A stretch of DNA of 64,000 nucleotides from Eledone cirrhosa (GCA_964016885.1 OZ024745.1:68200001-68264000); one strand, 5' to 3'. Positions 13,566 through 28,008 are shown, counted from the stretch's first letter. The notes: generated by a model not told the origin, from the sequence alone. Numbers and translations: made by a program.

Positions 13566-14289
13566 TTGATTGCATTACTAAGTAGTTGCTACTTTCTTGG
13601 GCTTTTTAAAAGGGTAATTTCCGAAGATACATTTGTACTGGTGTTGAATATTTTGACATAACAACGTGTTTAAATATCCACAGCACAGACAGAAATGTAC
13701 CTTCAAAATTCCACTTTTGAAGATCTCACAAGAATGGAAACCGCTCAGTAAAAATAAATCTGAGGACTGCCAATCATTCCACAAAGCTGAGCAATAGAGG
13801 GTCTAGGGATGTACCAGCCCTTTAAACACGTCCACTAGAAAAATAGGAGCAGAAGGAACAGAACAAATGAATTATAGTATTAGTATAACGCTGAAAGGAG
13901 AAAGAATAAATTTAAAAAAATGTTTTACGCTTTGTACAGCGGGTCTTTATCAGGAAGAAGCATGTAACAAAGGAAAGAAAACGTTGAAGTAAAAAAGGAA
14001 AAGAAAAAATATGTGTAGAAAGAGGGTGATATTGTTAACAGACAGATGCAGATTATAGAAACGTCGTCGTTGGCTCCATATTACATATTCACAAGTTTCC
14101 TCTATTCAAATATCAATATGCTGGCATTTATTAAAATACTTCGATTGTACGTAGTTAATATTTTGTTGAGAATAACTTTTGACAAATCTGATTAACTGTA
14201 TATCTTAAAGGTGTTTTAAAGACAGGTAATCGATTTCCGTTGGATAGGAATTAATAATTGTTCAAATCTAATCACACGATATTGATAAC

Positions 14290-14642
14290 TTTACGTAGAC
14301 ATTGTTTTATTAGACTTGATAGAAATAACCAGTTTCCAGTGAATAGTATTTTTCTCCATGCAAAATTAATGTAAATATGATTTAAGATTCCTTAGACAAA
14401 ATGGGAAATTTATTGCATATACGCCAACACCAATTGTCTCATTGTTCGGTGAATTTCTCAGAAGTATATGAAGATATAGGTAGAATTAGACTAATGAAAT
14501 GAAGATATGTGCATGATAATAGTCCAAGAATTTTATTGATTCTGACAGTAAAATAAACATTCACTTTTGCTTTTACAAGTTTATATCGATACTACTGCTA
14601 CTACTGTTCCTGTTACTACAAGTATTGCTGCTGCTGCTACTG

Positions 14643-14675
<33 letters not shown>

Positions 14676-15226
14676 AACACTGGTACGTGTAACGTCTTGT
14701 TTTTTTTATACTAAGCAATACTACATATTTTTAGTCAACATCTATTCACAAACATGAAGTATATACAAGATGCTTACAAAATGATATATATACGAATAAT
14801 GTGTCTACATTTCTATACATACAGTCATATAGTGTTGTCAAAATTCTATTGCAATATTCTATATGTCTATAGATTACTGTTGTTACTCTTGTTGTCCCTG
14901 GTATAATTTTGTCATATGACTCTATTAACATTTTTCTAAGATGTAAGTATGCTTTCACCGTAAAAAGAATGCAATGTAAACACTTTCAACAATTCTCATT
15001 TGTACATTGAAAAATATAAAAAACACTCCCGTTTATGCATTTCCTCACCAGAAAATAACTACTTCCATGGCTCTGTCTACAGAGAAATTTTATTTTAGCA
15101 ACGCTATACACGCCAAGCAGCATACAGAATATAGTTGAAATGGCCCGTCTAATTTGCATGGCAAGCATAGTTTTTGCAGCGTAATACATTTTTATGCTAC
15201 ATCACAGCGTATATTATAAGATTTAA
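14290..15226 (+). pseudogene. Possible heavily decayed rhodopsin-class GPCR
   Basis: Ordered motif-like remnants: FAFTSLYRY (DRY-like), YTRC (ECL2 Cys), VVTLVVPGIILSY (TM5-like), LLPW (TM6-like), LICMASIVFAA*YIFML (TM7-like). Many stops. Confidence 0.3.
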
Positions 15227-15589
15227 AGTAACGTAGATATAACTACAGTCTTTAAATTAGAAGCTTTAGCTGTGGAAAAAACAGAAACTTAAATACTGTT
15301 AACTATTCGAAATTGTCTAATATAAACTGACATAGCCTAAGTATCTATTATTCAATTAATATTATTTATTTTTTGTTTTGAATTGTTTCTGTTAGTGTTG
15401 TCGGAATTATTATTGTTGTTTTTCAAAATGTTTTCTAAACACAAAATGGCTTCACTCTCCCTCCTAAAAAGAATTAAGCTACAAATATTTCGTGAAACGT
15501 CTCTCACAGTAGTTAATTTGTTAAATCGGTCAGTTGGTTGGAGCAAGATAACAACATCCCTTACTACACATCACTGACACCCAAGAAGT

Positions 15590-15880
15590 GACTTTCTGAA
15601 TAGATTCCAGGCCAATATACTGATTCAGGTTGTCAAAATATGTGACAAGGCTTTTCTACTTCGTGTCGTGAATCCCACATGAGTAGCTTTCACATTTCCT
15701 CTTCTGTATGTTGTAGATAATGTCCTGTTATCATCTTTAGGTTCTGGATGGACCCTAGGCCAGTATACTGCTTCAGCTTGTTAATGTATGTGATATGATG
15801 TCCCCCACGCTTTCCCACTCTGTGCCGTAGGTCCCACAGGAACTGGTTTGGTGCTTCTTTTTCTGGATATCGTGAACCAT
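15590..15880 (-). pseudogene. LINE C-terminal relic, internally duplicated
   Basis: EKEAPNQFLWDLRHRVGKRGGHHITYINKLKQYTGL followed by a second similar block (LLMWDSRHEV...). Confidence 0.45.
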
Positions 15881-16178
15881 ATCATGAAAAACGGAGTCAC
15901 TGTTCAATTTTCTCACAGTAACTATCCTGTCTATATTAAAAAAAATCTGTCGGGAAAGTAGAAAGAAATAATTTCTAGCTTCAGCATATAACTGCTCATT
16001 ATTTTATCGATTCCGAAAAGCTGGAAAGCAAAGTTAACTGCGATGGGATTTGAAATCAGAACGTATAGAGCTGGAAACATACCACAATGTATTTTATCCG
16101 ACACAAAATTTCTGGCAATCCATCATCCATTGTTGAAAAAAATAATCAGATTATCGATTCCATAATTCCTAATGAAGT

Positions 16179-16217
<39 letters not shown>

Positions 16218-18532
16218 CGAGGGAGAGAGAAAGAGAAAGTGAGAGAGAAATTAACTACAGTATGGAAATGTAAAATTGGCTACGGTGCGATATGAACTCA
16301 GATGTAGAGAGCCAGAATTTATACAGCAAAGCATTTTATTTGATGCCCTAACAACACATTGTAAATTCCTCACTTAGAAAGAGTTAATAATAAACCACAA
16401 ATATTCCAACCTAAATAGCGTGTTTCTTTGTTCAGCATGTAGCAATGGTATCATAAAAATTTACCATGGAATATTTTAAACATATTTATCACATATTGCA
16501 TGTGATGGCTGTTAGTTTCGCTGAAATAATTCATCATAGGATTGGGCGTACTAGAGCGAAAAATGCCATTTGAAGGAAAATTAACTAAATTGATTTGAGA
16601 TTCCATCATTAAAAACATTACTACCATTTTCTCAATAATGTTATCATTAAAAGCAATTTACCAGTAAATATCGAACATTCTAACAAACTAAAATACAGTT
16701 AATATACAAAAAATGTTACTTTCAACTCAGATACCTTTTATTTTTAACTGAATCATATTTTTAATTGCTGCATATAGTGAAAGTTTAGTGTGTAATGACT
16801 GATGAGTGAATCAGCGTTATTCTAAACTACATCAAACCTAACTACACTACATATGCCAACAATGTGGATGCAGCAGTTAAAATGTTCCAGGTTCGATCTC
16901 ACAGTGTGACATCTTGGACAAGTGTCATTTACCATAGTCTTGACTTGATCCAAATCTTATAAGTGAAATTGAATAGATGGAAACTCTTTGAAAATCCATC
17001 AGGTGAACTGTACTTGCATTTCAAAGGCCCGGTCGTTTCAAATAACGAATTATTCTAAGGTTACACGTACCAGTGGAATGCTCATAATCTTAAACGTTAA
17101 TTTTATCGAGAAAGTTGTTTCGTTGACCGAACAACTAGAATACTCTTTTCTACATACACCAGCCAACGCAAGAATCTATACGTGGTTACCCGACCGGGTA
17201 AAAATAACAGCCAAATTCTCTCAAATTACATCACATCAACTTAAACGAAAAATAATATATAATATAAGTTGCTGTGCTAGATATTTTTGAAAACAAAGGA
17301 TAGTCACGATCGTAAAAGTTTTGATCAAAACTTTCCTAAATTATGGCTTTCCCGAGGCGCATTTCAGGCTAAGCAACAATAACTGCCATGAAGAGGGACT
17401 GAACCCAAACTTATCCACACAGCCATTTCTACACCTATTTTTAGAATATGTTTCTAACAGCTCCGTGCTATCTAGGACCTCCGTCTACCCCGACGAGTGT
17501 TCTAATTATTCATAACTTACTCGTGAAATTAGCGTGTAAGTGGTTTAGCATTCCATAGATATGTATACCATTAGCATAATTCTTAAACAAATTCAGTGTG
17601 AATCAGTGTGTAGACAGTTCCTTTTGGTTACAGGTACAACCCATTTTCTCAAGCTATGTGTATTGGAGCAATATGAAATCAAGTGTCTTACTCAAGGACA
17701 CAGTACACTGCCGGGAGCCTATGTCTCGATCGTATGATCGTGAGCCAAACACTCTAACCACTGGTCCACACGCCTACGTGTTTTCTGATGTACAGCACAT
17801 AGCATATTAGATGCCAAGTAATTGGTAGCCGTCTCTAGCTGAAGCCATCCCTGTTTCTGGAAAGAAAGAGTCATTGATTGTAGTATATAACCACTCTTCC
17901 GTGGCACAGCAGAGACACAGGGAGGAGTGGAAAAGTAATCGATCCCAGTAATGGGCTGTTGCTTTATTTATCAACCCCAAAAAGATAACAAGCAAAGTTT
18001 CTTATTTTATTGGTTTCATCTGAAGGAAAACTAAAATCGACATCGGCAGGATTTGAACTCAGACAGCTAGGAACCGCATCAATTAAAGCGAGCTATTTGT
18101 TCGACACTAACGGTTTATGGAATAATTATTGAGTCTTATCAGTCGATATTTTGTGAAAATAAAAAAAACACAAACAAACATGTATTCTTTTATCTTCCTC
18201 AGATGTCTTTCATCTTCTGTGATTCTCTCAGTTCTCAGCAAACGAAGCATTATTAGAAATGTTATATTTTACAAAGCCAATGTTGCTGAAATTAAAATAA
18301 AGACAGCTGCTTTTCATATCATTGTGTATATATCAATGAATATATCCAACTAGTATATATCACATAAACACCCACAAACTCCGTCACTTGTTCGTATACA
18401 TACACAAATATGTATGTATGGACCGGTAACTCCTTTGGGTGTCGGAGGGGCGCCATATTAGCATATGGCGTTTCTAGGACATTTTAAAACTTGACAGAGC
18501 CCATCTTCCCTCCAGGTTTCTTCCAGAGAAGG

Positions 18533-18589
<57 letters not shown>

Positions 18590-19334
18590 TAAAGAAAGAG
18601 CGAAAAATATATAGAGGAAGAATCGACCTCAGTACTTGACTAGTACTTTTGTTTATCGATCTTAAATGGATGAAGGGCAAATCTGATCTTGGCGGGATTT
18701 GAATTCTGAAAGCAGAGAATCCGAACGTATACTACAAAGCATTCTATCCGACGTTCTAACGACTCTGACAGTTCGCTGCCCATACACAAATATATACACA
18801 ACTAGAATTGTATGAACTCCATCACTTGCTACATACATACACACGCAATTGATATTATATAAAAGAAGCAGCACTAACACTGTTATACATCTTGTATTGA
18901 GTATATATTTTTTAACAACTATCATTCATCATTTTACAGTGTGCACCAATGTTTACGATGAAAAATGATCAAGTAACTATTTAACGTTTGGAAGCAATTA
19001 TGTGGTGAGACAGAGTAAGACCACTTTATACATAAATGATCTCTCAAATTACATCCCCTAAGCTCTCCATAAGTTGATTGAAATAACTGAAGTATATTGC
19101 GTAAGATAAATATGAGAAAATAGTCTGTTGTTGAAAACATCACAAAGCCGACTATGAAAGACATACAATTCATTGGAAATTAATAATATACACAAACAAT
19201 TAAATACTTCTTATGGAATGCTAACAGCGGAATAAAAGTAGTTTTCCTAAGATTGTTTTCTAAAACACACAATTTTTTTGTAGTTTTGTATTTCTGAGTT
19301 TCTCCTTTTCTCCCCCTCTCTCCAGAACCCCCCC

Positions 19335-19381
<47 letters not shown>

Positions 19382-19579
19382 GAGCCGAGATAAAGGTGTG
19401 GTATAGGTCGAAGAGTGTTCCACTTCTGTAGAACCAGTTTGGAACTGGTTAGACCATTACTCAACAGAGTACTCGATACTTGGGGTAGCAGGCATATCAT
19501 AACTAGGCATATTATAACGAGTCGGGACCCAACGACTGAGCTCTTGCCGTTTCCACAGCTAGCTCTAACCTCCAGTCAT

Positions 19580-19757
19580 TTGGCAGTATCGGTAGAGGGT
19601 CGGACGCCATGCTTTGACGCATAGAGTTACGGCCCTTGCCATTCTGAGTTCAAATCCCGCCGAAGTTAACTTTGCCTTTCATCCTTACGGGGTCGATAAA
19701 ATAAAGTACCAGTAATACACTGGGTAATTGCTGGCCTTGTGCCAAAAGTAGAAACAA
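19580..19757 (+). mobile_element. tRNA-derived SINE inserted between the arms of an older inverted pair
   Basis: A-box TGGCAGTATCGG, B-box GAGTTCAAATCC, 3' CCTTGTGCCAAAAGTAGAAACA. The flanks 19428-19490 and 19775-19838 are inverted homologues. Confidence 0.85.
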
Positions 19758-19879
19758 TTATAATATAGCCATACTCTATTACCCCAAGTATCGAGTATTC
19801 AGTTGAGTAATGGTTTAACCAATTTCAAACTGGTTCTATCCGGATTTATATACATACATTTATATACATACATATGCAT

Positions 19880-20037
19880 ACATACATGTATATGAAATGG
19901 CTTCTACAATTCCTTCTTGCCAAATTTCATTCACAAGTTTATGGTCAAAGATATTTCCTCGAGTTGCTGCACAGTGGAATTGAACCCAGAACCACGAGGT
20001 TGTAAATCGAACTTCTTAACCACATACCCACGCATGC
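19880..20037 (-). mobile_element. Second tRNA-derived SINE family
   Basis: Minus strand GCATGCGTGGGTATGTGGTTAAGAAG...GGGTTCAATTCC. Relatives at 39408-39500 (+) and 16865-16990 (+). Confidence 0.6.
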
Positions 20038-20038
20038 G

Positions 20039-20095
<57 letters not shown>

Positions 20096-20242
20096 ATATG
20101 TAGGAGGTGAGTTTTATTGTAGTACAATAAAGCAATGCAGATATCGGATAAGTAGCACTCTACAGTTTGTAGGACTGGAGTATAAATAATATATAAGATC
20201 AAAAGATGGTTGCATGGAACTCTTTTAACCATCTTTTGATCT

Positions 20243-20292
<50 letters not shown>

Positions 20293-20294
<2 letters not shown>

Positions 20295-20573
20295 CGAAGG
20301 AAATGTGGTAAGGAACTAGATGGACCATAACGCACCAAAGTACTCAATACTTAGGGTAGTAGAGTGGGTAATAGGAACGAGTAGGACCCCGACGGCTGAG
20401 CTCAAGCCGTTTCGACGGCTAATTCTGGACTAAAATATCCGTCGTCCGTCTTCGAAGTTAGTTTAACGTGTAGACGGCGTGCGTGTGTGTCTGTGTGTGT
20501 TACACGCCGCCGATTAGTGCAGAATTAGCCGTCGAAACGACTTGAGCTCAGCCGTCGGGGTCCTACTCGTTCC

Positions 20574-20576
<3 letters not shown>
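20293..20576. mobile_element. PLE-like inverted pair (family C) carrying hammerhead 3' halves
   Basis: GTC-GAAA-CGGC-ttgagctca-GCCG-TC-GGGG on both arms. The left arm has an ~80-bp tail. Flanked by (TA)n. Confidence 0.7.
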
Positions 20577-20606
<30 letters not shown>

Positions 20607-20607
20607 A

Positions 20608-21235
20608 TTTATTAAAATAACAGATTAAAGTTTAAGCAAAGAATCGCTGCTTTCGCCCTTAACGGGATCTTCTGAAACTAACAAAGTCAATCTGTAAACG
20701 CAGAACTGGATATTTCAAAAAACGTTGCAACCGGAGGAAGACAGGAAGACGATACTTTGGTTCATGGTGACGTTCGCTGGCAAAGAACGGGAAAAAAAAC
20801 GAATAATACGTCATTAATAGGAGCGGTGAAAAACAATTACGTGCAAGGACAGAACCACGTTTATGGTATAAAAGAGGTCGTAGACTAATGTTCTCTAAGT
20901 GATGCATAGAGACGTTCTCTGGCAATGAACGAAAAAACGAAGATAATAAGTCATATGTGAAGCGTGGAGAACAATAGCGTGCAAAGACACAACCACGTAA
21001 ATGGTATAGCAGAAGTCGTAGACTAAAATTCTAACTAGGAGACCGAATGAATCTCCGCTACAGAGTTAAGAACAAAGTAAATAAATACATTACAGAAGTA
21101 ATAGGAACAAATAAATACATACACGCAAACAAATACGTACATACACAAGCATACGCAAAACCTTACCATAGGTATACAAAACCACGCACATATAAATATG
21201 TGTATGTGTGTATACTTGTGTACAAATAAATAAAT
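20608..21235 (-). mobile_element. Family A PLE pLTR/3' region, tail-less copy
   Basis: Reverse complement of ~190-775. HHR-like motif at 20620-20695. Shorter copies at 28226-28382 (-), 40506-40625 (-), 60556-60700 (+) and 31328-31497. Confidence 0.8.
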
Positions 21236-21247
21236 AATTATATAAAC

Positions 21248-21636
<389 letters not shown>

Positions 21637-21641
21637 AATAT

Positions 21642-21782
<141 letters not shown>

Positions 21783-21998
21783 TATGTATATATATGTATA
21801 TATATATATTTATATATGTATATATATATACATACTTATATATGTATATATATATATATATATATTTATATATGCATATGAAACAGTTCTAGTCGTGTAG
21901 AAGCCATTTCTATATTAAATATTTATACTCTGCCATGTATTGAGTACCTTACTTACTGTGGTTACCCCCAATTGAACCCGAGATAAACACACACACAC

Positions 21999-22095
<97 letters not shown>

Positions 22096-22139
22096 CGTAT
22101 ACAAACGCACACGCAAACACATAAACACATAGACAGACA

Positions 22140-22293
22140 GGAAAGAAATCGCTGGACAAATTTTAGGCGCAAAATGAATCGCCAGGAGACGCAGGGGTAG
22201 ACCCCGAGCAAGATAGTTGGATAACATCCCTGAGCTTGGTTGGTCTTGCTTGGGGATTCAGTCGGATCAGTTGGAGAAGGTTGCTTCTGACAG
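22140..22293 (+). pseudogene. RTE-clade LINE 3' relic
   Basis: IAGQILGAK*IARRRRGRPRAR*LDNIPELGWSCLGIQSDQLEKVASDR. Confidence 0.6.
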
Positions 22294-22472
22294 AAGAAGA
22301 AGAAGAAGAAGAAGAAGAAGAAGAAGAAGAAGAAGAAGAAGACGACGACGACGACGACGACGACGACGAAGAAGAAGAAGAAGAAGAAGTAGAAGAAGAA
22401 GAAGACGACGACGACGACGACGACGACGACGAAGAAGAAGAAGAAGAAGAAGAAGAAGAAGAAGAAGAAGAA

Positions 22473-22504
<32 letters not shown>

Positions 22505-22742
22505 AGAAGAAGAAGAAGAAGTAGAAGAAGAAGAAGACGACGACGACGACGACGACGAAGAAGAAGAAGAAGAAGAAGAAGTAGAAGAAGAAGAAGACGA
22601 CGACGACGACGACGACGACGACGAAGAAGAAGAAGAAGAAGAAGTAGAAGAAGAAGAAGACGACGACGACGACGACGACGACGACGAAGAAGAAGAAGAA
22701 GAAGAAGAAGAAGAAGAAGAAGAAGAAGAAGAAGAAGAAGAA

Positions 22743-22774
<32 letters not shown>

Positions 22775-22867
22775 AGAAGAAGAAGAAGAAGAAGTAGAAG
22801 AAGAAGAAGACGACGACGACGACGACGACGAAGAAGAAGAAGAAGAAGAAGAAGAAAAAGAAGAAGA
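22293..22867 (+). repeat. Compound (GAA)n-(GAC)n trinucleotide array with higher-order repeat
   Basis: Alternating GAA and GAC blocks with a recurring GTA marker followed by exactly four GAA. Confidence 0.95.
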
Positions 22868-23393
22868 TACCTAAGTGTGAGTTTTCTACAAATTTGTTGT
22901 CTAGTTTGAAAGAACGTACTGATATTTATCAACAGAAGATATTCTGAATAAAAGATTATCCATCTGCTCTATAAAATGTATATCATTTGCTTCAAATAAA
23001 AGCAAATCAATAGAAGCACACATACAAACATAGTATTTTAGAAAATTTGTGTTATAATTTATTCTGTAGTGTAGCAGGTTCATCGAAACCATAAATCCGT
23101 TAGCTTCTGACACGTTGATAATAACATTTTAAATTAGATCCTCACCAATGCCAACGTATGGAAATGAGATCAACCTTGGATAAATATGCCAAAGGAAATC
23201 TAAAATTCCACTTAGAAATGTTTATGAGGGACAACAGTTGGATATTTTATTCAAAAGTAATTCTCTTTCGCACCCTGTATCTCTGCCCTTTCTCTCTTTC
23301 TTTCTCTCCACCCTCTCTTTCTCTCTATATATGCTGAGAATCTCACTCACTTGGTCTGTCTGTCTTTCTCTCTCTCTCTTTTCTCTTTCTTTT

Positions 23394-23432
<39 letters not shown>

Positions 23433-23537
23433 ATATAGAGAGAGAGAGATGGAGAGAGGGAGAGAGAGTGAGAGTGAGAGAGAGAGAGAATGAAAGGGAG
23501 AATGGAAGATAGCGAGAGCGAATAAGAGAGAGAGAGG

Positions 23538-23628
<91 letters not shown>

Positions 23629-24420
23629 TGCATATGCTGGATTCATGTTTAATTAAATTTGGATTGGGATCTAGTGGTTGAAAAGAACTTATTGAACTCT
23701 ATATATAGCTATGACACTTATTACAATAACTAGTTTCATATGTACTGCTGTGAATTATAGTATTATGAAGGTCCGAAGCTTTGTGGTAAGAAAGTTGGAT
23801 TCACACTCCTGAGATTGTGAGTTCGATTCCCGGACCAGGCGATGCGTCTCAGAGACGACGGGGCATTATAGCAACATGTGCTTCGTTCGTCTCTGTGTCA
23901 AAAACATAAACACACTTTTTTTTCTTCTCTGTTTTTTCTTTGCTTGTTTCCTTAAAGCCTCTTGGAATGTGTTTACCGTCATTCCGTTGGTATACATGTA
24001 TTACGCAATTTACAGCTGAAGACGTCACCCGGTTCTTACGCAACCTGGCCACTGAAATGCGCATAGCGTTTGCAGAAATAAATAATTAAGGAAATTCACC
24101 ATCTTTGACCTCCTGTCATTTTAATTTAAAATACATTTGACTCGGTTTCCGCACCACCAACATGATTCAACATCAAAGATGGATGAATTGCATAACGTCG
24201 GGTGCTTTTCTCTTAACGTATATATATGTGTGTGTGTGTGTGTGTTTGTATGTGTGCGTGGTGCCTAAAATTACTCGGTTTGGTCTGCGAGCGCGTAGTT
24301 ATACCACCAGGATTGAGTGACCCCTAGATCTTGTTAAGATATCATTATAGGATGAGGAAAACTCTGATGTAAAACATGCGACTTGATGGCAGCCAAAGAT
24401 GTTGACCTGGTTTTCTTTTT

Positions 24421-24917
24421 GTATGTATGTATGTATGTATGTATGTATGTATGTATGTATGTATGTATGTATGTATGTATGTATGTATGTATGTATGTAT
24501 GTAGGTATGTAGGTATGTATGTATGTATGTATGTATGTATGTATGTATGTATGTATGCATACATGCATGCATGCATGCATGTATGTATGTATGTATGTAT
24601 GTATGTATGTATGTATGTATGTATGTATGTATGTATGTATGTATGCATGCATGTATGTATGTATGTATGTATGTATGTATGTATGTATGTATGTATGTAT
24701 GTATGTATGTATGCATGCATGCATGCATGTATGTATGTATGTATGTATGTATGTATGTATGTATGTATGCATGCATGTATGTATGTATGTATGTATGTAT
24801 GTATGTATGTATGTATGTATGTATGTATGTATGTATGTATGTATGTATGTATGCATGTATGTATGTATGTATGTATGTATGTATGTATGTATGTATGTAT
24901 GTATGTATGTATGTATG
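24421..24917. repeat. (GTAT)n tetranucleotide array with GCAT variants
   Basis: Directly visible, ~500 bp. Confidence 0.95.
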
Positions 24918-25254
24918 TTTGTATATTTCGTTTCTGAATTTGTTTAGCAAGATTCTTTATCTGAAAACGTGTGTTGAAACCGATATTGTTATACTTTGGG
25001 AGGGTCATGTTGCCAATAAGAAACACACGCACCAGAGATGACCCCTAGCCTTTGTGAAGGCAGAATTCTAGGAGATGGAAAACTCTGATATAACATCTGC
25101 AACCCTGATGGTATCCAATGATGTTGACTTGTTCTTCTTTTTGGTAAATATCATCTTAGTTAAGAGAGTGGGACTGGCTTTGTGCAGTGCCTTTGCTCAC
25201 TATAAAAGCTTCACTTGTCGTCACATGGTACCATAGGCCCAGCACCATGTGTCA

Positions 25255-25400
25255 ATAATTGTCACAAGTGTAGTGTTTGTACCAGAGTTTTCAAGTCGCT
25301 GGCTGGACTAAAAAGTCACACTCGTTCAGCGCATCGGTAGGGGTTCTCCTACATGGATATAAAGTAGTGGCCGTACTCGAAAACGAGTTGGCAGCCACCA
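25255..25400 (+). pseudogene. RTE/BovB-type LINE 3' end with (TATG)n tail
   Basis: [22 protein letters not shown] (C2H2 finger), 3' hairpin CTCG-aaaa-CGAG, then (TATG)n at 25401-25502. Confidence 0.6.
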
Positions 25401-25784
25401 TGTATGTATGTATGTATGTATGTATGTATGTATGTATGTATGTATGTATGTATGTATGTATGTATGTATGTATGTATGTATGTATGTATGTATGTATGTA
25501 TGTGCCTGAGTAGGTGTGTGTGTGTTTATCCATCGGTGTGTGTATATATGTGTCTGTGTAGCTATCTGCAAATAGTGGAAAGTAGACGTAGAGCATATGA
25601 AAGAAGAATGAAGAAAAGTACACTTGGTTGGTATCATACAAAAGAATTTAAGCAAAATTACAGTAGGAGGGAGGTGAGGGAGAAAAATGAAAAGATTTTT
25701 GATGTTCATACGTTTTCCAATTAAATAGAAACCATTCCGTCTCCGAATGAAACCAGTACCCCCCCCCCACACACATAAATATAC

Positions 25785-26170
<386 letters not shown>

Positions 26171-26229
26171 TAGTCCTGTATAAGCTATTTCTATATTAAA
26201 TTGGATATAAATAAATATATATATATATA

Positions 26230-26862
26230 AGAGAGTATTGAAGTTTGCTTGAAGCATTGTGGAACAATAAGTAAATATCTTTAAGCCATTTGGAAGCCTC
26301 GACAATGCAAATGGGTAAATCTCCGGGTAACAAGGTCCGGTGGTGGAGTGAGAGATGTAAGTGGGTGTACGTTGAGATGCGTGATGTGTATAAGATGTGT
26401 GAGATGTGTAGAATGAAGGGAAGAGTATAAAGGATAAAATAGAAATAACAATACAAGAGAGAGTTACCTTGGGAGAGATTTAATAGTCCCTATATATTTC
26501 GGATTCATATCCATCAACTGGGGTTTTTTTCCGGGGTGGGGGAAAAGGTTGTCTGTCGGACAAGTCCGGAACGCGTCCCTCGCTGCTTGTTGTCCCCTCC
26601 CCCACCCCGGAAAAACCCCAGTTGATGGATGTGAATCCGAAATATATAGGGACTATTAAATCTCTCCCAAGGTAACTCTCCCTTGTGTTGTTATTTCTAT
26701 TTTATCCTTTATACTCTTCCCTTCATTCTACACATCTCACACATCTTATACACACCACGCATCTCAACGTACACCCACTTACATCTCTCTCTCCACCACC
26801 GGACCTTGTTACCCGGAGATTTACCCATTTGCATTGTCGAGGCTTCCAAACGACTTAAAGAT
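26230..26862. mobile_element. PLE pLTR inverted pair (family H)
   Basis: About 265-bp arms at 26276-26542 and 26598-26862, highly similar to the 3' end of the PLE at 58418-58720. The left arm has a ~45-bp tail. Confidence 0.88.
26616..26651 (+). ncRNA. Hammerhead-like motif with non-canonical core CAGUUGA (family H)
   Basis: CCC-CAGUUGA-u-GGAU(guga)AUCC-GAAA-UAUA-UA-GGG. Same core at 26488-26523 (-) and 58618-58653 (-). Confidence 0.5.
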
Positions 26863-26970
26863 ATATATATATATATATATATATTAAAAAAATCAAGGGA
26901 GCGTAAACATAGAAAATATCTTTAAAAATATTAAATAAATTCCAAAAAATTCACTGTACTTTCTATATGT

Positions 26971-27058
26971 GCCCTTACCGCGGTTTCATATCCCAAACAA
27001 ATAGATAATCCAAGCAAAATTACATTGAGAAAGAGATCATCGTCAGAAGGCTTTTCTC
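26971..27058 (-). ncRNA. Long-P2 type I hammerhead, canonical core, predicted pseudoknot (family G)
   Basis: GAGAAAa-GCCUU-CUGACGA-ugAUCUC-UUUCUC...GUAAUUU(ugcuu)GGAUUAU...GGGAUau-GAAA-CCGCGG-UA-AGGGC. Confidence 0.8.
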
Positions 27059-27327
27059 TCTCGGAGAATATAAAATTCCCGAGTTCAAATTACAAACTGG
27101 CGCCATTCCAAACTGACTCAGAATGAGAGCAAATGAATGATAAAGCAGTTTTGTCATGGTACCGTGTGCAAAGGCAAAAAGCACGGTGGACAGGTCATTC
27201 TGTACTTCCAAAAATAGCAGCCATTCAAACGACCAAGGGTTTCTCTACCATTGAGGAGGATAATAATAAAAGTATGTGTTCCTACATGTAATTAATACAC
27301 ACAGGGACACATGAAAAGTCCGACCAT

Positions 27328-27411
<84 letters not shown>

Positions 27412-27600
27412 TTAGTATATCTACTAACAAATGCGTACAGATGTACTCTAATGCTAGCAAATACACAGATTATGTCATAGTACCTAGGTGGTTCAATGCA
27501 GGAGGATGCAGAACAATAATATAAAAGACGTAAAATAAGAAAATTTAAAAAGATTTTTTTTTTTTAAATTTAAAAAATTAACTTACTTACTAAAATTTTC

Positions 27601-27682
27601 ACTCCAACTAATTAGTTTCTGCAATGGGATAAAGACAGTTACGCAATATAACTGTCGAGAATTCATTGCGTCATCAGGGAGT
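27601..27682 (-). ncRNA. Long-P2 type I hammerhead, canonical core (family B)
   Basis: ACUCC-CUGAUGA-cGCAAUG-aauucuc-GACAGUUA(uauugcg)UAACUGUC-uuuaucc-CAUUGCa-GAAA-CUAAUUAG-UU-GGAGU. Confidence 0.85.
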
Positions 27683-28008
27683 CTATTCTCAGCTAAGTCT
27701 CCAGGCAATGCGCGGACACTGGGGACTCATATAAAAATAATAATAATTCGGTAGATGGAACAGCTAGCGGGGACTGGATTCCATGCACTGAAAAGCTCGC
27801 TGTCTCTGGTCAAATGGCAGATTCTAAAGAATCAATCACGTGACACTGAGGCTAGTCGGTAGGAGTGGGATGGTAAGATGACAGAAGCCTACTATCACAC
27901 CAATAAATTAGTAGTGGTTTTGGCAGGTTTGCTATTTCCTATCCACTGAATTATTTTATAATAAGTTTCCAGTGTCCTCGCTTTGCCTGGAAACTTACAT
28001 GAGAATAG

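Noticed and set aside
13701-13834. Minus-strand exon with a strong acceptor
   Set aside because: All three frames contain stops and no homology is recognisable.
22217-22932. Poly-R, poly-E/D and poly-L ORFs as genes
   Set aside because: They are translations of a trinucleotide array after a LINE relic.
23147-24052. Minus-strand exon candidates (23978-24052, 23147-23200), plus similar ones near 54441-54530, 55525-55602 and 63454-63510
   Set aside because: Splice-like signals only, with no recognisable protein family; not supportable without RNA-seq.
24955-24995. Family F CTGAAAA..GAAAC as a hammerhead
   Set aside because: The core lacks G8 and helices are minimal in both copies.
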